Counted from the stretch's first letter, positions 35,940 to 45,307 are shown. The stretch is 64,000 bases of DNA from a candidate division WWE3 bacterium UBA1401 (GCA_002305115.1 DBQF01000001.1:373767-437766), one strand, 5' to 3'. The notes: generated by a model from the letters alone, not told the origin. Made by a program: numbers and translations.

Positions 35940-37097
35940 ATGAATTTACTTTACTGTTTTAACTCCGGTAACTTTGGCGGCATGGAAAAACATGTTGTAG
36001 CTTTAGCCGCAGGAATGCATAACCGTGGCCACAAAGTGTTTGTGTGGTGTAAATCCGGGCCTGTTGCCACCCAACTTAAGGAGCTTGGAATTAACGTAGC
36101 TACAATTGCAATAGATAGTGATTTAGATCTTCCTTATATTGCTTCTTTAGTGAAATTTTTAAAGCAGGAATCCATTGATGTTATACACGCCCATGAACTA
36201 AAAGCTGTAGTTAATTGTATGCTTGCGGGCAAACTCGCAGGTACATCTGTACGCATTTCGCATACCCATACACCCATTTCCGAGTGGCAGATAGCCGGGT
36301 TTAAAAAAAGGCTGAATATAACTGTTAATTCTTTGGTGGTTAACCTGTTCTCGTCACGGGAAATAGCTCTGACTGAGTCTCGAAAAGCTGTGAAAGAGCA
36401 CGAAGGTATAAAGAGCAATAAGCTGGCAATCATCCCTAACGGAATTGAGACTGAAACTTTTACACTTACATCAGATGACAAAGCAGCCTTTAGGGAAGAG
36501 GTCTTAACAACTTTTTCTATACCCGTAAATGCTTTTGTGTTTGGGAACTTGAGCAGGCTAACTAAAGAAAAAGGTCATAACTTATTACTTGATGGCTTTA
36601 GCAAATTTTTGGTAAAAAGCCAAAACAAGGGGCTAGATACAAGTTCTATATATTTGCTGATAGCGGGTGGTGGTGCCCTTGAGCAACCTCTACGCGCACA
36701 AATTGCTGAGTTAGGTTTGGAAAATAAGGTTGTTGTCACGGGTGTATTCGAAGATTCAATGCTTCCAAAATTTTATGCCGCATTTAACGCTTTTGTATTT
36801 CCATCACTTGCTGAAGGATTTGGTTTTGTGCTCGCAGAGGCTATGTGCTCAAAATTATCTATCATTTGCTCAGATTTACCCGTTTTGCATGAAGTTGGTG
36901 GTGCTACAGTAATGTACTTTGAATCCGGTAATTCTGCTGAATTGGCTGAGAAGTTGTATGATTTGTATACTAGGTATGAACAATTTGCGCCTCTTAGGGA
37001 GCAAGCTTGCGAACGGGTACTTGCCCTTTTTTCGGTAGAGGCCTTTGTAACTAAGCATGAACAACTTTATTTAGCCATGTTGGAGGACAATAAATGA
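35940..37097 (+). CDS. GT4 glycosyltransferase
   Basis: GGMEKHVVALA near the N-terminus and FVFPSLAEGFGFVLAEAM (the E-x7-E region). Confidence 0.85.
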   Translation: MNLLYCFNSGNFGGMEKHVVALAAGMHNRGHKVFVWCKSGPVATQLKELGINVATIAIDSDLDLPYIASLVKFLKQESIDVIHAHELKAVVNCMLAGKLAGTSVRISHTHTPISEWQIAGFKKRLNITVNSLVVNLFSSREIALTESRKAVKEHEGIKSNKLAIIPNGIETETFTLTSDDKAAFREEVLTTFSIPVNAFVFGNLSRLTKEKGHNLLLDGFSKFLVKSQNKGLDTSSIYLLIAGGGALEQPLRAQIAELGLENKVVVTGVFEDSMLPKFYAAFNAFVFPSLAEGFGFVLAEAMCSKLSIICSDLPVLHEVGGATVMYFESGNSAELAEKLYDLYTRYEQFAPLREQACERVLALFSVEAFVTKHEQLYLAMLEDNK

Positions 37098-38215
37098 AAG
37101 TACTGATGCAGGGCCGTATTGGCTTGCTGGAAGCAGGTGGCGGTGATTTGGTTCAGATAGAAAATACAGCTAAAGAGCTTAAGCTTTTAGGTGTAGATGT
37201 TGATATCAAAACCGGCTTTGACGTGGATTTTTCTCTTTATGACATTGTGCACATTTTCCAGTTGGATTGGACACCAGAATCTTTCTTTTATGCAAAGAAG
37301 GCTAAAGAGGCAGGTAAGCCGGTTGTACTCTCGCCAATTCACCATAGTGTTAAAGAAGTAGCTAAATTTGAGGAACAATATGCCTTTGGGTTTCGCAGAC
37401 TTACCAAAACTTTGTTTGAAGACCAATTCACCAGAGATACAGTAAAAGATGTTTATAGATCTTTGAAAGATAAGCGCAAGCTAATGCCAACGCTGGCAAG
37501 CATGTTTTTAGGTTTAAAAAACTTGCACCTGGGCACCTTAGGTATGGCAAATACAGTATTAGTGCAAACCGAGCAGGAAGCCCGGGATTTGGAAGAAACA
37601 TATGGTGTTCAGTTTAATTGGGAAAAAGTATCAAACGGTGTGGGTAAAAATTTTTTGGAGTATAAAGAAGGTAAGAATCCACTGGGTATAAAAGACTATA
37701 TTATTAGTATTGGTAGAATTGAACCCCGTAAAAATCATCTAAAGGTTGTTGAAGCTGTAAAAAGGTTTAGGCAGGAGTATAACCTAGATATACCACTCGT
37801 ATTTATTGGTTTAAAGCGGGAGAAAGTGCATTTCGAGTACACTTTCAGGTTTGATAGAGAATTAAAAAGACACAGCTGGATACGGCATCTAGATTACGTT
37901 CCTTATGAGGATATGCCTGCCTACTATCACTTTGCTAAAGTATGTGTTTCGGCCAGCTGGTTTGAAACGACAGGATTAACCAGCCTGGAGGCTCTGTTTT
38001 GTAGTACTAATGCTGTTGCCGCGGGAGCGCGGGCTAAGGAGTGCTTAGGTGAATATTCTTCGTATTGTTCCCCAGACAGTGTAACCTCTATTAAAGATGC
38101 TATTGCCAAAGAATATTTTGCACCCCGTCCGCACATTGATGATTCTATGCGTAGTGAATATACTTGGGAGAACGCGGCCAGAAAAACTCTGGCAGTTTAT
38201 GAGACGCTACTATGA
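37094..38215 (+). CDS. GT4-like glycosyltransferase
   Basis: GRIEPRKNHL and SWFETTGLTSLEAL motifs. There are ATGA overlaps on both sides. Confidence 0.8.
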   Translation: MKVLMQGRIGLLEAGGGDLVQIENTAKELKLLGVDVDIKTGFDVDFSLYDIVHIFQLDWTPESFFYAKKAKEAGKPVVLSPIHHSVKEVAKFEEQYAFGFRRLTKTLFEDQFTRDTVKDVYRSLKDKRKLMPTLASMFLGLKNLHLGTLGMANTVLVQTEQEARDLEETYGVQFNWEKVSNGVGKNFLEYKEGKNPLGIKDYIISIGRIEPRKNHLKVVEAVKRFRQEYNLDIPLVFIGLKREKVHFEYTFRFDRELKRHSWIRHLDYVPYEDMPAYYHFAKVCVSASWFETTGLTSLEALFCSTNAVAAGARAKECLGEYSSYCSPDSVTSIKDAIAKEYFAPRPHIDDSMRSEYTWENAARKTLAVYETLL

Positions 38216-41163
38216 ATCTTGAAATTGTTATTTTTGCACTTGTTTTTTTTATAGCCCTGTTACTCATATTCAAAAATTTTAGGGCAGGTGTATTTGTCTT
38301 GCTCATTTTATCCACCTTTTTACATAAAGAGCTTTTCAGTATCTATAGGTGGGATGCCTTGCCTGTACGAGTGTTTATGTTAGCGCTGCTGGGATATACA
38401 ATAATTTATTTTTCCCGCAACCTGCCTAAGCTTAAAGAGGCTGTCAAAGAGCCGTTTGTTGTTTTGTTATTTTTTATGTGGTTGGTAAATGGTATATCAA
38501 TTATTTTTACTAAAAATCTGTATTCCAGTATTACATTGTTTGGGTTCTTTACTGCAATTACCGCTTTGGGTTTTATGTTATTTGCGAAATTTAAAGGTGA
38601 TGTACTGAGTTTGGAAAAACTAATTAAGTTTTATATAGGGCTTGCGGTTGTACTATGTTTATTTGCAGTGTTCCAGGGTTTTTTATATTACCAGTTTGAT
38701 GTAGTAATTGGCGCTTTATGGAGTATTCCTAATAATTTGCCTCGAATTGGTGCTACTTTTTGGGATGTGAATCATTTTGGCGCTTTTCTTGCTGTACTAA
38801 TGCCCCTTTTAGGCACTTTCCTTTTGGTTACATCCTCTAAAAAAGCAAGGGTCATGTATGGTTTTGCTTTTTTGCTGATGGGTGGTATGTTGCTGCTGAC
38901 CAATTCCCGTACTGCGTGGATATTGGCACTTGTGGCATTCCTTTCTTTTGTTACGTTACTTCTATATAAAAAATTCAAGGCAAGGGGTGTTATGGCCATT
39001 GCACTGGTGCTGAGCCTAATACTTGTAGGATTTTATGTAGAGTACAGTGATAAGTCCAGCCCGTTTAGAGCCAAGGTGAAGAATTATTTCCACTATCGTA
39101 TCGATTCGTTTGATTCCCATATGTTGCTATTGCAGGGAGCTTATCAGGTGTTTGAAGAGTCGCCTATCTTAGGTGGCGGATATGGTGGTTTTTTTGAACA
39201 CTTTGCTAAAACACCTATAGCCGCAACTTATTTTGGGAGGGATCCGGCTGCCCTGAACACGCGGGTACCCGCGCACACCATTTGGGGTGAGACACTGGCT
39301 GAAACAGGCGCCATTGGCATGGCAGTGTTTTTGCTGTTTGTTTTCTTGTTGTTGCTGGTTCCTTTATACCTAGGGCTTAAAGCTACAGATAAGAAGCAAA
39401 GTTTAGTTGGCATTTCAATATTTTCGGCTTTATTAGGATGGTTTATTGCAGGTATCTTTTACTCTTACAAATCCGAATTTTTTTGGCTTATTGTTTTCCT
39501 TTACTTTTTATATAGTGCCAGTTTACTGGGAAGTAATTACACACTAACAAATATTATTGGATTTGTAACCCACAGTAAAAGACTGGCAGTAGGAGGTTTG
39601 GTTGTGTTAGCAGGCTTGCTTGTATTTATTGCACTTGGCCGCAACCATCTTATTCCTTGGGATGAGGCCATCTACGCTCAAATTGCACGCAACATGGTTG
39701 ACCGCGGCAATTTTGTTATTCAGACATGGAAGTTTGGGGAGGTTTGGTATGAAAAGCCCCCGCTTGTTATGTGGCTAATGGCCCTTTCTTTTAAGTTGTT
39801 GGGTGTATCAAGTTTTGCTGCCCGGTTGCCTTCTGCTCTCTTCGGAGTAGCTACAGTCATTCTAACTTATATATTTGGTAAGAAGCTATTTAGCAGAACT
39901 GCCGGGTTTATCTCTGCTTTTGCACTGCTTACGACGTTCCACTTTTTGTATTATGCCCGAACAGCTATGCTTGATATCGCTGCTACTTTCTTTATTACGT
40001 TATGCTTATACCTTTATTGGCTTGCGCGTAGTATGCAGAAGGCTACGTATTGGAAGTATGCCGGGTTGGCTTGTGGGTTTGCTGTGTTAACTAAAGGCGT
40101 TGTGGGTTTTTTGCCTGTACCCATTATTGTTCTTATGGAAGCAAAAAACTTGAGACATCTGATAAAACCCTTGCTGCTTTTCATTTTATTTGCTGCAATT
40201 ATTTTCTTACCCTGGCACTTGGATATGTATAGGCGTTTTGGTTCTGCTTTTTTGGCAAACTATATTGGCTATCACGTAGTAAATCGAGCTGTAAGTGCTA
40301 TTGAGGACAAAGGAAGACCTATCTGGTGGTATCTAGAGGTAATGAAGGTAAGTATGCGTATCTGGTTTGTCGTTTTGCTTGGTGCTTTACCTGCCGCGGT
40401 TATTCAGGCTGTTAAAAAACTTAAGCCTTATGTGTTTTTAGTAGCCTGGTTGTTGTTCACTTTAGTTTTCTTTTCAGTGGCAAAATCTAAACTTGTTTGG
40501 TACATATTGCCCGCTTATCCAGCAGCGGCCCTAATTGTAGGCCAATTTCTTGCGTTTCTCATTGGTAAGATACAGCTGCTATTGCATAAGTATTCTGGTG
40601 TTGTAGTCAAGTTTTTGCTTATGTATGTGTTGATAGTGTTTGGATTGATTTACTTGTTTGTAAATAAAACACTTGTATACACTTCAGATCTAACCGGGCC
40701 CCAAGCACGGCTATTAATGCTGAAAGATAAGGAGTTTGGTGTAGAAGAAAAAGTTTATGTAGATAGAATCGAGCTGCCTTTAGTGTTGTTTTATACCAGA
40801 GGTCCTTTTGAAGTAGTCGATTATGGTCCGCTTAAGCTAAAGCTTGATACTGCCTCGCTAGATGAGCGGGTTGTGTTTATTACTAAGGAAAGCAGGTATC
40901 AGAATTTTTCCGGATATATAGATAGGGTAGAGTTAGTTGATCAGCAAAATGAATGGGTATTGGCTTATTTAGATTCCAGAACTCACTATTTGAAAACAAA
41001 GTATGATGCTTTGGAAAGTAAGGTTAAGAAACTTGAATTAAAAATCTCACAGTTAGAGGAAGATGCAGAACCTGTACCTGATTATTTGCTAGAGCGTTTG
41101 GATGTTTACAAACAAGAGCTGGATGAGTTTTATCGGCTAAATCCGCTAGATCCTATTGAGTAG
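38212..41163 (+). CDS. fusion protein: Wzy_C/O-antigen-ligase-like domain, then an ArnT/PMT_2-like GT-C domain, then a C-terminal coiled coil
   Basis: 983 aa. TNSRTAWILALVAF and PAHTIWGETLAETGAIG are Wzy_C hallmarks. From about nt 39580, LIPWDEAIYAQIARNM...YEKPPLVMW...ARLPSALFG is ArnT/PMT_2-like. The tail LKTKYDALESKVKKLELKISQLEED looks like heptad-repeat coiled coil. Confidence 0.8.
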   Translation: MNLEIVIFALVFFIALLLIFKNFRAGVFVLLILSTFLHKELFSIYRWDALPVRVFMLALLGYTIIYFSRNLPKLKEAVKEPFVVLLFFMWLVNGISIIFTKNLYSSITLFGFFTAITALGFMLFAKFKGDVLSLEKLIKFYIGLAVVLCLFAVFQGFLYYQFDVVIGALWSIPNNLPRIGATFWDVNHFGAFLAVLMPLLGTFLLVTSSKKARVMYGFAFLLMGGMLLLTNSRTAWILALVAFLSFVTLLLYKKFKARGVMAIALVLSLILVGFYVEYSDKSSPFRAKVKNYFHYRIDSFDSHMLLLQGAYQVFEESPILGGGYGGFFEHFAKTPIAATYFGRDPAALNTRVPAHTIWGETLAETGAIGMAVFLLFVFLLLLVPLYLGLKATDKKQSLVGISIFSALLGWFIAGIFYSYKSEFFWLIVFLYFLYSASLLGSNYTLTNIIGFVTHSKRLAVGGLVVLAGLLVFIALGRNHLIPWDEAIYAQIARNMVDRGNFVIQTWKFGEVWYEKPPLVMWLMALSFKLLGVSSFAARLPSALFGVATVILTYIFGKKLFSRTAGFISAFALLTTFHFLYYARTAMLDIAATFFITLCLYLYWLARSMQKATYWKYAGLACGFAVLTKGVVGFLPVPIIVLMEAKNLRHLIKPLLLFILFAAIIFLPWHLDMYRRFGSAFLANYIGYHVVNRAVSAIEDKGRPIWWYLEVMKVSMRIWFVVLLGALPAAVIQAVKKLKPYVFLVAWLLFTLVFFSVAKSKLVWYILPAYPAAALIVGQFLAFLIGKIQLLLHKYSGVVVKFLLMYVLIVFGLIYLFVNKTLVYTSDLTGPQARLLMLKDKEFGVEEKVYVDRIELPLVLFYTRGPFEVVDYGPLKLKLDTASLDERVVFITKESRYQNFSGYIDRVELVDQQNEWVLAYLDSRTHYLKTKYDALESKVKKLELKISQLEEDAEPVPDYLLERLDVYKQELDEFYRLNPLDPIE

Positions 41164-42348
41164 CATTAATGTTAGTACAGTTGCGCCCAGTGACGCCAGT
41201 AGGTGTGCCCAGGCGACACCACTGATAGAGAATGCAGGAACCAGTGCTAAAGCTAACCCAATAAGAATAACTAACTTTATGGTTGTTATTACTAAGATCT
41301 GTTTCATTCTTCTGGCCACATAAAAATAATTTTCCATAAAGGTATGTATTGCTGTTAGAGCACTGGCCAGAATTAGTAGTTTAAGTACACCCAGAGACTG
41401 GATATATTTTGCTCCAAATACGGCAATTACAAGTGGTTTTGATACCAGGATAACTATGAGTGCCAGCGCAATAATGCCTAAAGACAAAACTATAGCTTCT
41501 AGTAGTTCTAGTGGCTCATCTTTGTGTTTCTTAAGGGCGTTTTTGGGAAGAAGCACTGTGAATATTGACAAAGAAGTTAAAGTGAACACCTGAGCGACTT
41601 TGTTCGCCACCGAAAAAATCCCCACCTGCACAAAATCTTGGGCAAGTTTGATGATGGTATTTGAAACTGCAGGATAACCTTCGGTGATAAGTTGCGCCAT
41701 GCCCGCTGGAGCTGCTCGTTTGATAAGTTCATGTGCTTCTTGCCACAGGTTGATTTTTGTAAGCTTTAGCTTTAGTGAGCCTACTAATAGTGCGCTGCTA
41801 AATATTGATAAGCCAAAAATAAGAAATGCATTCTGTAAAGTTATAGTTATTATACCGGCAAATATAAGTATTGCTGCAATAGCTTTTATTAAAGCCGGCA
41901 GCATGTTAAGTACAACTAACTTACTAAAGTTCTCTCGTTTTTGGAAGATCGCGAACAATAGATAATTTATACCATAGGCTATAGTACCGCCCACAAAACC
42001 AGCCATGATCAAGGGCTGAGTGAAGCTAAATAGGGTAAGCGTGGTCAAAGCTAAGGCAACAGCAATAACTAGAAGCATGATTTTAGAAGCTATTAGTGTG
42101 GCAAGGTTGTCTTTAGTTTCTTGCCTGACAACAAATAGGGAATTAGTGCCGAAGTCTAGTATTTTGGAATACACAACAAGTAGACTGGTAAGCAGTGCGT
42201 ATTTGCCGAAGTCTTCAACAGTTAGGTTTCTGGCTACGGCTGTGAGAAACAAGAAGCCCAGTGCGGCATTAAAGAAATTGCCAAATCCTACAAGGAAGAT
42301 TTTTTGGAATGTCTTGGTATTTAAAGCTTTGATTTTTTGCAAAACCAT
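41146..42348 (-). CDS. Wzx-type flippase (MOP superfamily), third copy
   Basis: 400 aa and hydrophobic throughout, with a flippase-like N-terminus (FGNFFNAALGFLFLTAVARNLTVEDFGKY). Its 3' end overlaps the 3' end of 38212..41163 by 18 nt. Confidence 0.75.
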   Translation of the reverse strand: MVLQKIKALNTKTFQKIFLVGFGNFFNAALGFLFLTAVARNLTVEDFGKYALLTSLLVVYSKILDFGTNSLFVVRQETKDNLATLIASKIMLLVIAVALALTTLTLFSFTQPLIMAGFVGGTIAYGINYLLFAIFQKRENFSKLVVLNMLPALIKAIAAILIFAGIITITLQNAFLIFGLSIFSSALLVGSLKLKLTKINLWQEAHELIKRAAPAGMAQLITEGYPAVSNTIIKLAQDFVQVGIFSVANKVAQVFTLTSLSIFTVLLPKNALKKHKDEPLELLEAIVLSLGIIALALIVILVSKPLVIAVFGAKYIQSLGVLKLLILASALTAIHTFMENYFYVARRMKQILVITTIKLVILIGLALALVPAFSISGVAWAHLLASLGATVLTLMLLNRI

Positions 42349-42355
42349 CTTTCCT

Positions 42356-42361
42356 ATTATA
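42356..42361 (-). promoter_or_regulatory. perfect TATAAT box 7 nt upstream of the minus-strand flippase ATG (42348)
   Basis: The minus strand reads cacgTATAATaggaaagATG. Confidence 0.4.
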
Positions 42362-42389
42362 CGTGATTGTTATGTAAAATAATGCCTTT

Positions 42390-42446
42390 GGGGGGAGGTC
42401 CGACCCTCCCCCAGGTCGGACCTGGCGCCGGGCCCGACCTCCCCAG
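42390..42446. repeat. GC-rich ~57-nt element of three degenerate ~17-nt units with mutually exclusive hairpin options
   Basis: Sequence is GGGGGGAGGTCCGACCCTCCCCCAGGTCGGACCTGGCGCCGGGCCCGACCTCCCCAG. Possible stems are 42391-98/42405-12 (8 bp), 42397-405/42414-22 (9 bp) and 42392-400/42436-44 (9 bp). It lies in an AT-rich divergent intergenic region. Confidence 0.6.
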
Positions 42447-42475
42447 TTTACAAAAACCTCTTATTTAAAGATAAT
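42447..42475 (+). promoter_or_regulatory. sigma70-like promoter: TTTACA, 17 nt, GATAAT, with the -10 ending 6 nt before ATG 42482
   Basis: Sequence reads TTTACAaaaacctcttatttaaaGATAATgatgacATG. Confidence 0.45.
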
Positions 42476-42481
42476 GATGAC

Positions 42482-43600
42482 ATGAGAATTGGCATAGACT
42501 GCAGAATGTGGAATGAAACCGGCATTGGTCGGTACATTCGCAACGTTGTTAAGCAAATTAGCCTTCTAGACACCAAAAACGGCTATACACTCTTTTTCTT
42601 GCCAAAAAACATTGATAGCGTAAGCTTACCTAATAATTTTAGGCTGGTTCCTGCCAATATCAGATGGCATACTTTTGCTGAGCAAACTAAACTTGCTTCT
42701 ATTTATCTTAAGGAGAATCTGGATTTGTTGCATGTTCCGCACTTCAACGTGCCTATTTTTTACACCAGACCTTTTGTAGCCACAATTCACGACTTAACCA
42801 TTCTAAGAATGCGTACCGGTAGGGCTACAACGCTTCCATACCCAATTTACCAGGTCAAACGCATGGCATTCAATATGAATTTGCTATCAACTGTGCATAG
42901 AGCCAAAAAACTATTTACAGTTTCAGATTTCGTGAAACAGGACATAGTGAGCACTCTTGGTGTTAAAGGTGACAAAATAGTACTTACACCCAATGCGGTT
43001 GATGCCGCTTTCAAACCTGCCGCACCTAATGAGGTACAAGAAGTTTTGGCAAGATACGGTATTGCCCAGCCGTACCTTTTCTATATAGGTAATGCGGATC
43101 CGCATAAAAACCTTGAAGGATTAATACAGGCATTTACGCGAGTCTCAGGTAGCTTTCCTGATCTGCAGCTGGTCTTGGCCGGCAGTAAAAACTTTTTTTA
43201 CGACCGTTTGGAACGTGAGTGGCAGACACATCCAATTATCAATAAGCTCAGATTTATTGGCTATGTGGATGATGCGGACCTACCGGTTCTTTACACGGGA
43301 GCGGAAGCTTTTGTAAACCCGTCCTTTTTTGAAGGCTTTGGTATCCAGTTATTGGAAGCCTTTGCTTGTGGCACAAGGGTTATTTGTTCAAACACCACAT
43401 CCCTGCCAGAGATAGGTGGTTCGGCTGCGCATTATTTTGATCCATACAGTGTTGATGATATGGTTACCGCAATAACTACTGCGTTGAAGGAGGTTGATTC
43501 TGCAAAACGAGTTGAAGGGTTTAAGATAGCGCAAAAATTTTCCTGGGAAACTTCTGCCAAAACAATACTGCAAGTTTATGAGAATTGCCTTAGTCTTTGA
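42482..43600 (+). CDS. GT4 glycosyltransferase
   Basis: MRIGIDCRMWNETGIGRY N-terminus, GNADPHKNL, and FVNPSFFEGFGIQLLEAFACG (the E-x7-E region). Confidence 0.85.
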   Translation: MRIGIDCRMWNETGIGRYIRNVVKQISLLDTKNGYTLFFLPKNIDSVSLPNNFRLVPANIRWHTFAEQTKLASIYLKENLDLLHVPHFNVPIFYTRPFVATIHDLTILRMRTGRATTLPYPIYQVKRMAFNMNLLSTVHRAKKLFTVSDFVKQDIVSTLGVKGDKIVLTPNAVDAAFKPAAPNEVQEVLARYGIAQPYLFYIGNADPHKNLEGLIQAFTRVSGSFPDLQLVLAGSKNFFYDRLEREWQTHPIINKLRFIGYVDDADLPVLYTGAEAFVNPSFFEGFGIQLLEAFACGTRVICSNTTSLPEIGGSAAHYFDPYSVDDMVTAITTALKEVDSAKRVEGFKIAQKFSWETSAKTILQVYENCLSL

Positions 43601-44672
43601 TGATTTAATTCAATTTGGTGGTGCCGAGAGACTACTGTTAGCCTTGCACGAAATCTGGCCTGCTGCACCTGTTTATACTTCTGTAGCCTCTAAAAGGTGG
43701 CAAGCAGTGTGCACGAAGCTAGGTATCACACTTAAAACCTCTTTTCTACAGTATTTTCCCTTTGCAGTTAAGCTAAATAGATTCTATTCATGTTTGTTAT
43801 TACATACTTTAGCTTTTGAGAGTTTTGATTTTTCGGAATTTGATGTAGTGTTGTCTGTTTCTTCCCGGTATGCCCATGGAATTATCACGAAAGCCACAAC
43901 TACCCATGTGTGCTATATGAATTCTCCCGGCAGAATGTTTTGGGAGCCATTTAGTTATTTTGAGCATGAAAAATATGGCAGATTGCATAAGTTGCTACTG
44001 CCCATGCTTTCTCATTTGCGTGTATGGGATTATGCTGCTGCTCAGAGAGTAGACCATTTTATTGCCAATTCCAGGCTGCCCCATGCGCGTGTAGCCAAAT
44101 ATTATAAGCGCCAATCAAAAATAATATATCCTTTTGTAGAAGACTATGTACATGGTGTTAGTGCAGACGCAGGTTATTTTTTAGTTATTTCTCGATTATT
44201 GCCCTGGAAAAGGGTAGATATAGCTGTAAAAGCTTTTGCCGAGCTGGAGTTGCCTCTGAAAATTGTAGGGGAAGGCCCGGATAAGGCACGATTAGTGAGA
44301 ATGGCCGCTCCTAATATTGAGTTTTTAGGCTATGTTAGTGACAGAGTAAAGTGTGTCTTACTGCAAAAGTGCCGTGCTGTTGTGGTTACTCAATACGAAG
44401 ATTTTGGTTTAGTGCCGTTAGAAGCTATGTTGTTTGGTAAACCGGTCATTGCTTATGGAAAAGGAGGTGTTTTGGAAACTGTTATTCCCGGAAAGACCGG
44501 TACGTTCTTTGTTCCTCAGGACGTTACTGCTTTGGTGCAAGCACTACAGCGTTTTGATGCTTCAGTGTATAATCGTTGGGGCTGTATTGCCCAGGCGGAA
44601 AAATTTTCCAAAGCAGCTTTTAAAAAACAAATGAAAGATTTTATGAATAGGGTATACTTAGAATTGCCATGA
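43578..44672 (+). CDS. GT4 glycosyltransferase
   Basis: MRIALVFDDLIQFGGAERLL N-terminus, SRLLPWKRVD and EDFGLVPLEAMLFGKPVIA motifs. Confidence 0.8.
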   Translation: MRIALVFDDLIQFGGAERLLLALHEIWPAAPVYTSVASKRWQAVCTKLGITLKTSFLQYFPFAVKLNRFYSCLLLHTLAFESFDFSEFDVVLSVSSRYAHGIITKATTTHVCYMNSPGRMFWEPFSYFEHEKYGRLHKLLLPMLSHLRVWDYAAAQRVDHFIANSRLPHARVAKYYKRQSKIIYPFVEDYVHGVSADAGYFLVISRLLPWKRVDIAVKAFAELELPLKIVGEGPDKARLVRMAAPNIEFLGYVSDRVKCVLLQKCRAVVVTQYEDFGLVPLEAMLFGKPVIAYGKGGVLETVIPGKTGTFFVPQDVTALVQALQRFDASVYNRWGCIAQAEKFSKAAFKKQMKDFMNRVYLELP

Positions 44673-45304
44673 CTTTATATAAAATCGGCAAGCGCGCCCT
44701 GGATATAGTAGGTGCTTTGATTGGTATTGCTCTGTTTTCACCAATTATGCTGCTGGCTGCTCTTTATATTAAGCTGACTTCACCAAAAGGTCCGGTTTTT
44801 GCTGATATACCTAATAGAGTTGGTAAAGATGGCAAAGAATTTAAATTCTTAAAGTTTAGAACTATGATACCCAACGCGCATCAGTGGTTGTTAGATCACC
44901 CTGATATCTATAAAAAATATACAGAAAATAGTTATAAGCTAGATCCTGATCCCAGGCTATTAAAAGGCGGTAAATTTATGAGGGCATACAGTATTGATGA
45001 ATTGCCTCAATTTATTAATGTTCTAAAAGGAGATATGAGTTTAGTAGGGCCTAGGGCATACTACCCGTTTGAGCTTAAAGAACAACAAGAGAAATTTCCT
45101 GAAACTGCTGATAAAATTAAACTTGCTTTAAAAGTGAAGCCCGGAATTACTGGAGTTTGGCAAACAAGTGGCAGGTCTACAGTAGATTTTGTAGAGCGGG
45201 TGCATATGGATGCGGAGTATGCTAAGAGGCAGTCTTTGCTGTATGATATATTAATTATCTTAAAGACACCCTATGTGGTGCTTACACGAAAAGGAGCTGT
45301 GTAA
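44669..45304 (+). CDS. initiating polyprenyl-phosphate sugar-phosphate transferase (small monotopic 'bacterial sugar transferase', PglC/WbaP C-domain type)
   Basis: KRALDIVGALIGIALFSPIMLL, KFRTM, DELPQFINVLKGDMSLVGPR and ITGVWQ motifs. Confidence 0.9.
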   Translation: MTLYKIGKRALDIVGALIGIALFSPIMLLAALYIKLTSPKGPVFADIPNRVGKDGKEFKFLKFRTMIPNAHQWLLDHPDIYKKYTENSYKLDPDPRLLKGGKFMRAYSIDELPQFINVLKGDMSLVGPRAYYPFELKEQQEKFPETADKIKLALKVKPGITGVWQTSGRSTVDFVERVHMDAEYAKRQSLLYDILIILKTPYVVLTRKGAV

Positions 45305-45307
45305 TTT

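Noticed and set aside
41684-42382. Plus-strand ORFs 41684..41965 and 42020..42382, antisense to the third flippase gene
   Set aside because: The minus-strand ORF is full length with a flippase-like hydrophobic profile. The antisense translations are low-complexity (S/A/L/K-rich).
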